Assembly: GCA_000002445.1 (NCBI GenBank)
Contig: CH464491.1
Span: 2,432,001-2,496,000 of the forward strand
Direction: 5' to 3'
DNA from: Trypanosoma brucei
Taxonomy: Eukaryota
DNA: 64,000 nt
Each line of letters begins with the position of its first letter. Positions within the stretch are counted from its first letter, which is position 1. Below the pieces are notes generated by a model. It had not been told where the DNA came from, did not search any database, and saw only the letters and a program-made list of their open reading frames with translations. Position numbers and translations under genes: made by a program. Below, piece after piece: positions 49,801 to 59,009 of this stretch.

Positions 49801-52590
49801 GTTGCGTTGACCATACTGCAGGGTGGCATGTGGTCAGAAGTGGACCCTTCGCATGGGATGGTTGGTGAAGAACCATTTGGTGGGTCGGGTGAAATTCCGA
49901 AGGAAGAAGCTGACAAACTCCTTGATACAAGTAATGCGGATGAAGAGGAACTGGTTAGCAAAATTCTTAACGCTCCCACCTCTGGTGACATGCACACACT
50001 GTCTGGTGGGCAACTGACTGAAATGGATAGCGCCGAGGGGATGGCAGCGGCCTTTCTCGGGCGCATCGCAGCCGAAGAGCATTTGGATGCGAGTAATTTT
50101 GAGCGCGGAGGAGTTTCGCCCCGTCGGTTGCCCTCTGACAGTTCGGGGGTGCCACAAACGACTTCGCACGCTGAGCAAGTCGGCGACGAGGCTGCTGTTT
50201 CTTTAGCTAGAAAAGGCAAACGTGTGAAGAATGCTACTTCCTCTGCTGATGGCGAACATACACCCAGATCGCCTACCAGGGCGCGAAGAGGAAGTGGAGA
50301 GAGAGAAGGTGTATCCCGTTCTAGCGCTGTAGGGTCACAAAGACTCAGTCCTGGTGCTAAAGGGGGAAAGGGTCGAAAGGAAGGGGTTGAAGGCAGCGCA
50401 GCTCAAGGTGGTGAAAGTTCTATTTCAACCAATGAGACCTCTGAAGCCAGGACGGGCGTTGGTTCCGGGAGAAGAGCTGATGGCAAGGTGGGAGCTGATG
50501 CCGGAAGAAGAGCTGATGGCAAGGCAAGGGCTGATGCCGGAAGAGGAGCTGATGGCAAGGCAAGGGCTGATGCCGGAAGAGGAGCTGATGGCAAGGCAAG
50601 AGCTGATGCCGGAGGAAGAGCTGATGCCAAGGCGGGTGCTGGTGCCGGAGGAAGAGCTGATGCCAAGGCGGGTGCTGGTGCCAGGGCGAGGACAAGTTCT
50701 GATGCTCGCGCAAGCGCTGATACCGGGGAAACCTCTGATACTGAGGCAAGCATTGGTGCCGGTACCTCTTCAAGAGAGGTTGAACACGGTGGAGTGAGGA
50801 AGAGCAAACTTCGGAGCTTGTCGAAGACGTCAGTCTACGGGAGTGCGAAAATGAAGAGGTACAGCCTAAGGACTCCACCCACCAGCGGCCGTTTCCAAGC
50901 AAGTTCAGGCACAGTGACAGATGGTGAACAACACGGTGATACCACTGCAACCGAAAGTTGTAGAGGAAGCGACAGCACTTCCCACACCCCACGCGGCCAA
51001 CCGTCCCATAGGGGGGTCCTCAGCGCCACGAGAAGCTCCTTTATTGCATCAGTCGATGATAAGTCATCGTGGAGGTCGTCAGTAACGCCTCGTGCCGATA
51101 GTAAGAGCGTTTCAGCATCAGCGCTGAAACATCTATTGGACCAGGTTAGGGTGAGTGAAAAGAAGGACGCAGAGGCACCAACGGGCTTCATTATGGAAAA
51201 GGGGGTTACAGAATATAGTTCACTGTTGCGCAAAGGTGTGCAGGGCGTACAACGCCACCTCTTTCCGGATCGTCAAAAAGTATGCACCAAGTCAAACACC
51301 CACGGCCGTGTGGCTGTGTACGTTCCCGACGACATGGTTGCAGGCACGCTAGTATCGACCGCTGCCAGGGACAATTACTATGGGAAGATGTCGAGACTGT
51401 CCGGCGCATTAACCTCCAATGGTCAAGCCGAAAACATTGTAGAATCACTTCGTGATGATCTTCACGACGTGGCGAAGACGTGCTTCGTCCGCAACAGGAG
51501 GGGGAACCAGAGAGCAGTATTCGGACAGCAAGGAGGTACTGGAGTCTCTGGAGGTAGCAAACGTGCCTCCAGTTATGCGGATAAGGCAGGTATCACATCC
51601 CTCCCCTTACTTTGTGCTCCTGATGTTGTGGAAGAGGTAAGAGACCTCAAAGTTGCGGGGGAAGAGGCACGGGACCTCTTCATTCGAGACCCCACTCGCT
51701 ACGACTGTGTCATCGACGACATCGTTCAACGTGCCATTCAGAGGGTGAACGGGGACGATACCAACTTCACGGCTCTAACAGGAGGCAGAAACGAATTCAG
51801 CATCAAAGGAACTGGGTTAGGGGGGGCACGTGAGACATTTGTATCCTCCAACTCCACCACTGGCGGTTCCCTCTCGGGTCACGGTGTCGGTGCAGTGCGA
51901 GGTTTCAGAGATAACAGAGGGAGGGATGTTGCGCACTCAAACGGCTTGGGTGCTTCTCCCCGTGGGGGCCCGAAACGTGGCGGCGGGTTGGAAGCTCAGT
52001 TGGCAGGAAGTTTCCAGCGGCTCCTCGACGAGCAAAACCGAGCGAAAAGGATTATCGCGTACGTGCTTATGGAAATGAGGCGCATGTGGAGGTTGAGGAG
52101 GCTGGAGGGTGACATCGCCCTCCGCGCGGCTGTGGATCGCTTTGTGTTCCGCTCACTTTCCTTCACCTGGCGCATCGAGCGCCGCCGAGTCCTCAACCTC
52201 AACAAACTAATCAATCTGCTGGACCGTCGCACAGGTCGCGTGAAGGGCTGGGTGCCGTTCTATACCAAAGACAATGTTTTAGTTGACCATTACCTTTGGG
52301 AACCCGTGCCACCGGAGCTCTCACACCAGATGAAGGTTGTCCATCATGCCATGTGTTTAGCACGGCGGCAGGAACTGCTTCCTCTGCGAACGGTGCGACA
52401 TCTTTCTACGTCGGATCAAAGCTCGCACCATCTGATGTTCGGTTACTCAAGGAGGTTGCTAGACCCCTTTAGAAACACAGCAGTGCAACTGAGGAATGAG
52501 AGGCGTGCACGTCATGCTGCATACTTCCAAAGGTCTTTGAGGCGCTTTTCTCCACAAACTGAATATCTGGTGGGGACGCCAAAGAACTAA
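46882..52590 (+). CDS. Giant hypothetical protein (~1900 aa), largely low-complexity/disordered, containing six 12-aa Ala/Asp/Gly/Arg tandem repeats
   Basis: 5.9 kb sense ORF. The track start at 46687 is a TTG inside a T-rich tract, and the first in-frame ATG is 46882. S/T/A/E/R-rich throughout. Repeats 'GRRADGKVGADA/GRGADGKARADA/GGRADAKAGAGA' are encoded at 50467-50682. A more ordered, basic C-terminal ~300 aa ('RLRRLEGDIALRAAVDRFVFRSLSF...') follows. Confidence 0.6.
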   Translation: MLEFRPQHTPDSAAHKINQVACATPDSVPTSVSWRKEEETSGEVTRATMISSDAREVSHIARMASERGRVDISQARNSSPRGTATAVNAVEVELQRRLDVVKAAVEKADKVVDVARGRCAEVISREERRRAMVKLEISKLILFVGRNYNILDELELTLGSVLEVSELPVYHSDKYSEVPFSAREIPPYLSLEDLERANREMMARLMKERTKRANDPPHASLLGKRVNSNLDEVMWLIDSLEEPPCSEEQFGETVGTGEEEECEKSPVAVSQRRSQAITSTSAARETRTSGVRGASSSGNATLCSSRVEMDSSIVNFSLSSESFPIATGETRDLKLLKFMYDAAKATVEEAAAAEAFGAFSGAQLGTTFRSTSNRLQPARDSFCTQQLSGALSGTIGLNSPSKIDSGCKELSFTSSRPPSGMFEDRESFSLEQHISDRALPTAAAPWRGSHNPSTVVIDHLDPEVFTVLGELYKAYDYRQFFRDIQNKHLMRGKTDDEYEAEIENLLTQHMDDKRKRAANSVKDELIIKKWGGVASEASRAPTPRQEVEFVLPARREEEEETEEAEKKSWLQSVVESMSPLSSAPTPVEEVPSPSFLSQIPVDALVFARDMNNGVVFFIRGRNEEASNDEKTLEGKRKGKKGKAKKDGDQEDRNAAGGPPVYDSYTLYVTNQSDTNLTVVVDIEKTKARKLRMSAHVNYAIPQECIVIAPPPGSLKSLLTFCPKKRQQIDFGEILSFREGTARGEVGGTVGEEEKLQLKASSGVSARTKVSGTTKDSTVKEAGEPVAATEVSSERETAGTRAEVSDAAPTTQPSVTATTKEEVSHKEADAGEVVKILDEEADSYVAVGGGRRTKKRAGCAAILSKYPSTRGAEWEANAPESTTAESAGFTEEGEASIPPGPPRGEREPKGEEASSRSRARAREASGAANRASFQQAVGRTRETVEKVWPTGTAPVDHWGVPLSNEEDEAFEKNCVALTILQGGMWSEVDPSHGMVGEEPFGGSGEIPKEEADKLLDTSNADEEELVSKILNAPTSGDMHTLSGGQLTEMDSAEGMAAAFLGRIAAEEHLDASNFERGGVSPRRLPSDSSGVPQTTSHAEQVGDEAAVSLARKGKRVKNATSSADGEHTPRSPTRARRGSGEREGVSRSSAVGSQRLSPGAKGGKGRKEGVEGSAAQGGESSISTNETSEARTGVGSGRRADGKVGADAGRRADGKARADAGRGADGKARADAGRGADGKARADAGGRADAKAGAGAGGRADAKAGAGARARTSSDARASADTGETSDTEASIGAGTSSREVEHGGVRKSKLRSLSKTSVYGSAKMKRYSLRTPPTSGRFQASSGTVTDGEQHGDTTATESCRGSDSTSHTPRGQPSHRGVLSATRSSFIASVDDKSSWRSSVTPRADSKSVSASALKHLLDQVRVSEKKDAEAPTGFIMEKGVTEYSSLLRKGVQGVQRHLFPDRQKVCTKSNTHGRVAVYVPDDMVAGTLVSTAARDNYYGKMSRLSGALTSNGQAENIVESLRDDLHDVAKTCFVRNRRGNQRAVFGQQGGTGVSGGSKRASSYADKAGITSLPLLCAPDVVEEVRDLKVAGEEARDLFIRDPTRYDCVIDDIVQRAIQRVNGDDTNFTALTGGRNEFSIKGTGLGGARETFVSSNSTTGGSLSGHGVGAVRGFRDNRGRDVAHSNGLGASPRGGPKRGGGLEAQLAGSFQRLLDEQNRAKRIIAYVLMEMRRMWRLRRLEGDIALRAAVDRFVFRSLSFTWRIERRRVLNLNKLINLLDRRTGRVKGWVPFYTKDNVLVDHYLWEPVPPELSHQMKVVHHAMCLARRQELLPLRTVRHLSTSDQSSHHLMFGYSRRLLDPFRNTAVQLRNERRARHAAYFQRSLRRFSPQTEYLVGTPKN
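50467..50682 (+). repeat. Six tandem copies of a 36-bp coding repeat (three variant pairs)
   Basis: Units are 'ggaagaagagctgatggcaaggtgggagctgatgcc', '...ggcaaggcaagggctgatgcc' and 'ggaggaagagctgatgccaaggcgggtgctggtgcc', phased at 50467, 50503, 50539, 50575, 50611 and 50647. They encode GRRADGKxxADA-type 12-mers. Confidence 0.9.
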
Positions 52591-53165
52591 ATGTAAATAT
52601 GGGGGACGGATGAGGGGGCGCATGTCTGAAGCTTGTGATCTGCGAGTGATGCCCATGTGTATACAACTCAATGGAGGTGGGTTGTATTTATTTCTGTCAA
52701 GAGGAAAATTGTGTCTAGATTGTGCAGCTCACATGTAGTTATGTAAGTTTTTCAACGAAAAGAAAAAATCTTTTTCTTTTTTGCTTGTTTCCTTTTTTTA
52801 TCGTGCTTTTCACATCTGGTGACTCGCATTGTTTTGGTATGCGCCTGCGAAGTACTCACTGGAAAAGGAGTAACAAAAAGTAGTGTACTGGAATTTTTAA
52901 AAGCATGAACTTCTCTCTCCTCATCCTTTCCCTTAATATGAGTGATTGCAACTACGCAGGTAAACAGCCCCCTTGCCTATGTTTTGGTTTTCCTCCTTCT
53001 TTCTGTTGTCGTGAAAGTTTCACAACTGCTCCTATTACATTTAACGTGCGGCATACCACCTGACCGCAGCAACAGACGAAGTCAGTAACCGACCTTCTGT
53101 TCTCTGGTCGAATCACACGAAAGCAGAAGGTTAGAGAGGGGGAAAAAAAATACAAGTCTTCCCAT

Positions 53166-54590
53166 ATGCTGCCTCGCACAGCATGTTTCATGCTTCTGTT
53201 AGCCCTGGGCAGCGAAAAATTCCGTTTAGTGAGTGGTAGTGCTGACGATCATGAAGAACCGAATGGACTGCCTGAATATCACGATGAAGAACTGTTGGAT
53301 GATGTTGGTGAAGGACTGGACCCGGGGGACGACCCCTCACTGTCACCCGATGGCCTTCCACCGGATGGTTTGGACGATGATGACGATCTTCCACCGCCAT
53401 CGGACACAAACACGAGTACAGTTTTTCCCCCAACCTCATTGGGACGGGAGCTCGTTCCGGACGTATCGTACACGCAGGCGGAGAAGTGCGGATTTGAACA
53501 GGTGGGCACGTGCGCAGAAAACTTCTGTAAGTGTCTCTCAGGGAATTTAAGCAGTAAGGGAGTTGAACCCCTAAATGGTATGACGGGTGGCGCGTGTGGC
53601 AGTGGTCATGTATCAAACTGCTACCTGCTGCACCACTGCGCAAGGGAGAGGACGATGTGCATTTGGGCCGCATCGAGGAGTTATGAAGATGCTGCCAAAG
53701 ATGCGATGTGGGACATGTCACGGATGCCGGAGAAGTGGAGGACAAACAGTGGTACAAACAGCAGTTTTTGTCGCGGGCTGCTCAGTATTAGCAGAAATCT
53801 CACCAAGGCTTCCGCGGATGTTAACTTCTACGACACGCCCTTTTACACGGATTGTGCCGAGTATATGTCTTTCCTCTTCAAGAGAAGTGGTGGATACATG
53901 TGTCTCGCTGGCTCTGTGCCCATGTATGTCTGCGGCCCGCTTCTCTTTCCAACGCCCGCACCTCGGCAGATTGGTTATGCTCCCGTAACAAACGGATCGC
54001 GGCGGTTGCTGGTTACTGTAGCGGCCTATTTTGTTGGGAACTTCGCTGTGCTTTTCAATGACCGGACACGAGGTGAAAACTTGCAAATCGGTAGTGGTTT
54101 CAACAAAGAGTTTGGCAACGAGTTGCACAAGTGTTTCCGTGAGTATGTGGGAATTGATGGTGAGTTTACCATGGTTCATGGTGGCCCTAATCTTATTGTG
54201 AAGTATGTTATCGGCCTCGGTGAAGCAGATACATGGGTCGGTGATTTAATTAAGGCAAATGCACTTAATCTTATGGTTCGACCCCCAGGATGGATGGCAA
54301 CAGCTCAGGACATCCTTAGGACTATCGACAGTAACGCTGAGCTTGTGGCTCCTATTGTGAAGTACACAGTCAACTTTGACCCAGGCAAAGGCCCCGTCTT
54401 CACGGAGCTGTGTGATGTCGGTTGTGCAGCGGCCCTTTCTGTTTCTGGCGCGCTTAGCGCCGCCGTTTATTTATTAGCGGGAATTTTTTGCTGTCAGCGA
54501 AATAAACGGACGCTCGCCAGCGTTGATTCCAGCAGCGACGTGGATAATGAAACAATGGAAACTGCTAATGGAGCTCTATCAAAACCGTAG
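53166..54590 (+). CDS. Predicted type-I membrane (surface) glycoprotein: signal peptide, acidic Pro-rich stalk, Cys-containing ectodomain, one C-terminal TM helix and a short cytoplasmic tail
   Basis: N-terminal hydrophobic signal 'MLPRTACFMLLLALGSEKFRLVSGSA'. Acidic segment 'DDHEEPNGLPEYHDEELLDDVGEGLDPGDDPSLSPDGLPPDGLDDDDDLPPP'. Several N-x-S/T sequons (NLS, NSS, NLT, NGS, NET) and 14+ Cys. C-terminal 'AAALSVSGALSAAVYLLAGIFCC' TM followed by the basic 'QRNKR'. Confidence 0.6.
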   Translation: MLPRTACFMLLLALGSEKFRLVSGSADDHEEPNGLPEYHDEELLDDVGEGLDPGDDPSLSPDGLPPDGLDDDDDLPPPSDTNTSTVFPPTSLGRELVPDVSYTQAEKCGFEQVGTCAENFCKCLSGNLSSKGVEPLNGMTGGACGSGHVSNCYLLHHCARERTMCIWAASRSYEDAAKDAMWDMSRMPEKWRTNSGTNSSFCRGLLSISRNLTKASADVNFYDTPFYTDCAEYMSFLFKRSGGYMCLAGSVPMYVCGPLLFPTPAPRQIGYAPVTNGSRRLLVTVAAYFVGNFAVLFNDRTRGENLQIGSGFNKEFGNELHKCFREYVGIDGEFTMVHGGPNLIVKYVIGLGEADTWVGDLIKANALNLMVRPPGWMATAQDILRTIDSNAELVAPIVKYTVNFDPGKGPVFTELCDVGCAAALSVSGALSAAVYLLAGIFCCQRNKRTLASVDSSSDVDNETMETANGALSKP

Positions 54591-54837
54591 TGGCGGCTTG
54601 CTAATTTTCCTTCAGCAAACTTCCACTTTTTCCCCTTCTACGCGGTGCTTACGGCCTGGGTAGAAAATTAACAAATCTGTGCAATCGTTAATTTATGCAT
54701 TAACGCATCATTTATGGAATAGTTACTACGTGGGGAAAACGGTGAATATGCTTTTTGGGTTGTTACTATTAGCTTTTTTGGGGGGGGGGGTGATCGCTTT
54801 AACGTAGGTAGAGTCGAGGCGAATGAATGGGTTGGTT

Positions 54838-55030
54838 TGGAAGAGGAGGAGAAGGAGAAGGAGAAAAGAAAAGAAAAAAAGAAATGCAAAGGGAAGTAGA
54901 AAAGGGAACCCCTTTGAGTTTGTTACTGAAGGGAAAATACATAAGAAAAAAAAAGAACAAGGAATGAAACGGTGCGATCGAGGAGGTAGAGAAGGAGTGA
55001 AGAGGAAAAGGAAAGAGGCTCTGAATGGAT
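54838..55030. repeat. ~190-nt polypurine (GA/GAA-rich) tract on the + strand
   Basis: Reads 'ggaagaggaggagaaggagaaggagaaaagaaaagaaaaaaagaaatgcaaagggaagtagaaaaggg...gaggaggtagagaaggagtgaagaggaaaaggaaagaggc'. It is preceded by a G11 run at 54780-54790. Confidence 0.8.
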
Positions 55031-56038
55031 TTGTGCGGCTTTCGCGTAATTTCACGCGTGGTGCATAGAATAGAGTAGGATAGCGTTGCCGGTTGATCAC
55101 GTTATTTTTGTTTTTGGTCACAGGAAGTAACATACGCATGCGTGTATATGTGTAGGTGAGACGGTACAAGGTTAAAGTGGCGTTAGAAAGGTAACTCAAC
55201 GCCAAGTTTTATACATAATAATATAATCATGATGAGTGACGGAAAAAAAAAAGACGAGACGAAAACATGTTACACACCATTGCAATTGAGGAGGAGAGTT
55301 ACGTGTGGGAGGCGACATATAATGATGTGCAAAGCGCAGGCGAACATCCGTTTTTTCTTTTGTTCCAACGTCCCTTGACCCTTCCTTTCTTTTTTGAACT
55401 TCTCTCCCTACTACCATTACTATTATTTAAGTTTGTTCGCTAAGTCACGCTCTCACACGATTACCTGCCTCCCCCTGCCGCCGCAACAGCCTTTGGGTGG
55501 CAAGGCACATATATTTATTTTTAGAATTATTGTTGTAACGATTGTTATCACTATTTATTTTTTCTCCTAGCACTTTTTTAGCTTACTTTTTTTTCGTGTG
55601 TGTGTGTGTTTCTGAAGGTTTTCCTTGCTTTTTTCTTTTATTATCCTTCTTTTGTGCCCTTCTTTGGTTCATTTGTTTTTGTGTGTCTAAGTAACCCTTC
55701 ACAGGGGTTGGACAAAACGCTGCCAAACCCAGAGCAGAACTAAGAGAAATGAAATGTAAGTCAGAACGTTAATTATTAGGAAACCAATAAGCAACGCGTC
55801 GGTTACGGACGTACAATCATGTAGATATTTTTATGGCAAACTTCCTGTGAAACTTTGTGCGCTGATGTGTCATTTCCTTTATGCTTTCTTTTTTCCTATA
55901 GCATTGCCATGTTGCTCACTTCCATTCATCCAACCCCATTCGTCTTTTTTTTTAAAAAAAAGTGGTTTTTGTGAAAGCGCTGGTGTGCCTCCCCTTTGCT
56001 CGTATGTTTGTCTTTTACTTCTTTCGCCATCGAAAGGT

Positions 56039-56072
56039 TAAATAAATAAATAAATATATATATATATATATA
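56039..56072. repeat. Composite (AAAT)4-(AT)9 microsatellite (same composite type as at 32733)
   Basis: Reads 'taaataaataaataaatatatatatatatatataac'. Confidence 0.9.
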
Positions 56073-56930
56073 ACACATCAGATTGTTAATACTACTTGTG
56101 CACGTGCAATTACTTGGCAGAGCGCAAGCCGACGATGATAAATAAATCAACTACCTTTCATTTAGTCGGTTTCTAACGGCTGCGGTTACACTGCTAACTC
56201 TTGTGTATTGCAGTTTCCTTTGTTTTTGGTGCCGTGAACCTTTCTCTACTGCTTTCTTTTTCCCCCCTTCATTCCCCATGTTATCATGTCTTTATTGTGT
56301 ATTTGTTGCATACATTTGTGGTTTCTCTCAAACACCCACAAACCCTCACCTTGTTCCACCTTTTACTCCAGCTGCATACCCGTGCGCTCCCGCACTTCCA
56401 TCGGCACGTGCATCTCATCGATTATCCACAGGTGATGCGTTTGATGCACTAACAGACCTTAGCGCAATCGAGGTATTGGTGTAAAGTCGGTCAATTGTAG
56501 GCGAGTATGCATCAGTGCAAGGGCTGACAAATATTTCCCTGCAGCTGCCATGTTCGGCTGCCCTTTTGATCATCCAAACGGGTCAGTTAAACCATAGAGC
56601 GTGAGACATGCGAATAAACGTAAAGCTTTGGAGGTATATCTCCGTTACACGCTGCCCATGTGATAGGATGGCGCCTGAATGGATAAGGAAAGCGAGCTGA
56701 TGGCAGGAAGAAATGTGAATCCCATTATTTGTTGTGTGGAAATTATATGTGGATGTGAGAGTGAGAGTGAGGTTGGTAAGTTGATAACTGTACGTGTGGC
56801 GGTGATACGACACCCCACTGAATAAGATGCTTCATCAGTATCTCCTTCCTCTTCATGCCAATTCAAACCAGCTGCATATATACGCCCGTCTGCGGAGTAG
56901 GAAACGCAAGAAAGAGAGACAAGAGACAAG

Positions 56931-58175
56931 ATGGGATGTCAACAAAGTGGAGTGCGAATGTCTCCTCAGGACCTTAGTGATCGCACTCCCAGTGGTCAAC
57001 ACGGGTTTACAGGGGATGCCAGCAACACGGCACTTCCCACTGTTCCAACAGACTCATGGTATGGTAAAAACTTTAGTGAAACATCACGTATGGCATTTAC
57101 CGAGTTTCACTTAAAGCAGCGGGGAAACATCGTTTTCGCCGGGACCCCCGTTCCTGTTGGCGCCTCGGAATTGGGTGAGTTCCCTGGCAACTCCCCACCG
57201 CTGCTCACAAGGGCAGTTATTGGCAAGGACAATGTGTACGGCATGGCGTACCTCTATAGCACTCCACTTTCCATTGAGCATCAGTGGAGACTGCGTGTAT
57301 GCCACTACCAAATAGCGTGTTCACCCTCTGGACAAACGCTAGGGGAAGTGCCGGGGGCGCTTTCTACACTTCCTGAGACCCCAACGACAGATGAGCAGAA
57401 AATCAGACTGTGGAACTTCGCTAAACAAGTCTACGACCGGCCGCTTTGCGACACTTTTGTTGGGATCAAAGTGTATGTTGACGGAGAGCTTGTGCCCGAC
57501 CGTTATCCGAGAGCCAAAAGTCTCCCAAACTGCACAGCTACACTCGAATCTAGTGAAGTGTTTAATAACTGGACCTGTGTTCCTTTTGTACTTGTTGGTT
57601 ACGTGAACAGTCCGATGATAAGTACTGTTACGATGTACAGGCACCTGTCCCTTAGCTTCGTTGAGTACTTGTTGGGCAAAACCATCACGGGTGGAGAAAC
57701 CGACAGAACAAAAGATGAAGAGGTGGCGGAATGTAAAGACGAGAATACCGTTGGGGATGGACGTAGTGTGGACGCGCCCGATAAGCCGAAGGAGGAGGTC
57801 ACCCAGTCTTTCAATGTTTCTGTAGAGGTTGTGTACGGTTGTGAGGCGGAGATGAATTTCTGCACAGCCCACATTGCGAAGGGGAACATAGAACTTGTTA
57901 TGGGAGAGCACTCAGACGCAGCTTTACGAAAATATAAGGCTTCACTTGAGGAGTTTCTTAGGAAAAGCGGCAACGAGCGTCATCAGGTAGTTGCGGTGGA
58001 TCCTTTGACACTCAAAGGGCGGAACTCGGCATTATGGACTTGTTTGTTTTGCGGGTCTCCCCTGCAGTTCACGTGTACGATTTGCGGCGCCGAGCTGTGT
58101 GGAATGTCTTCGTGTGTGTGGAAGCCCTTCACGGGGTATCCGCTTGGCTGCTCGTCTCATAAGGCGCAGGCGTGA
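56931..58175 (+). CDS. Hypothetical protein with an N-terminal dual-acylation motif (MGC...) and a C-terminal Cys cluster
   Basis: Starts 'MGCQQSG' (Gly2 for N-myristoylation, Cys3 for palmitoylation, Ser6). C-terminal 'CLFCGSPLQFTCTICGAELCGMSSCVWKP' resembles a small zinc-binding module. Complex composition, 414 aa, sense orientation. Confidence 0.55.
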   Translation: MGCQQSGVRMSPQDLSDRTPSGQHGFTGDASNTALPTVPTDSWYGKNFSETSRMAFTEFHLKQRGNIVFAGTPVPVGASELGEFPGNSPPLLTRAVIGKDNVYGMAYLYSTPLSIEHQWRLRVCHYQIACSPSGQTLGEVPGALSTLPETPTTDEQKIRLWNFAKQVYDRPLCDTFVGIKVYVDGELVPDRYPRAKSLPNCTATLESSEVFNNWTCVPFVLVGYVNSPMISTVTMYRHLSLSFVEYLLGKTITGGETDRTKDEEVAECKDENTVGDGRSVDAPDKPKEEVTQSFNVSVEVVYGCEAEMNFCTAHIAKGNIELVMGEHSDAALRKYKASLEEFLRKSGNERHQVVAVDPLTLKGRNSALWTCLFCGSPLQFTCTICGAELCGMSSCVWKPFTGYPLGCSSHKAQA

Positions 58176-59009
58176 GGGTGACTCCCCAAGTTTTTGAGAT
58201 TCAGTTTCTGTATACGTTTCGTTTCGGTGTTATCATTCACCATTACTACTGTTTTCTCAACATCAACCCACTGAGCACGGATGTGCATGTGGGGTATTGT
58301 ATGTCTCTGGGCACTGGCAACGACGCAGGGGGAACAAATGTCCGAACTGGCCGGCTGCATATTTGGCAGATTCGGCTCTACTAAAAATGACGCGAAATGC
58401 AAAAAGGGATATACGTTATCTCCGTACTAATCTTTGCGCCTCCTTACGTGGTGTCAGTTATGAAGCTAATCTGCCTACCGCCCCCCCCCTCTTCCATTGA
58501 AACCCCGGTGTATACTTTTCGTTTTCTTTGTACTTTTCCTTTACTTCTTTTGTTTGTATATTTTATAATAAGGAAGTGGCTAACCTGTTGCTTATGGAAG
58601 TCAGTCGCGTTTTGTGCATGCAACATTGTGCTTAAACTTCAAAAACATTAAAGATAAAATAACGCATTGCACATCCTTCTTTTGCTTTTAATATGGTGTT
58701 GCATCTTGCCGACTGTCCGCCAACCTCGTTTTGCGCCACCAGCCTGTTTTCATTCTTCTTTTCTTTTATGTGTGTGTTATACTTCTCATGCGTTGTTAAC
58801 ACCACTGTAGTTTTCCACCTGTAGGAAACGCCAGGTGCGCCACGGCATCCAAAGGGTTACTCAGCAGAAACCTTACAAGGAAGCCAATTGTCTAACACGC
58901 TGCTGTGGAGGTTTCTATCTGCACCATTTTCCATTCATACATATACGTATACCGATTTCTTTACCCGAATATTTATTTTAAAAAAAACCGTACTCGGGCG
59001 GTTCTTGAA

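Noticed and set aside
50354-50797. 147-aa + ORF in a second frame through the 36-bp repeats ('EELMARQGLMPEEELMARQ...')
   Set aside because: It exists only because the 36-bp repeat has no stops in two frames. It lies wholly inside the giant ORF and has no start context of its own. It is kept as a remark in the findings but not called as a gene.
54726-55205. 159-aa minus-strand ORF across the polypurine tract
   Set aside because: It is a translation of a homopurine/homopyrimidine tract (F/L/S/P-rich 'FLFLFTPSLPP...LLLLLLLF'). It is a low-complexity artefact, not a gene.
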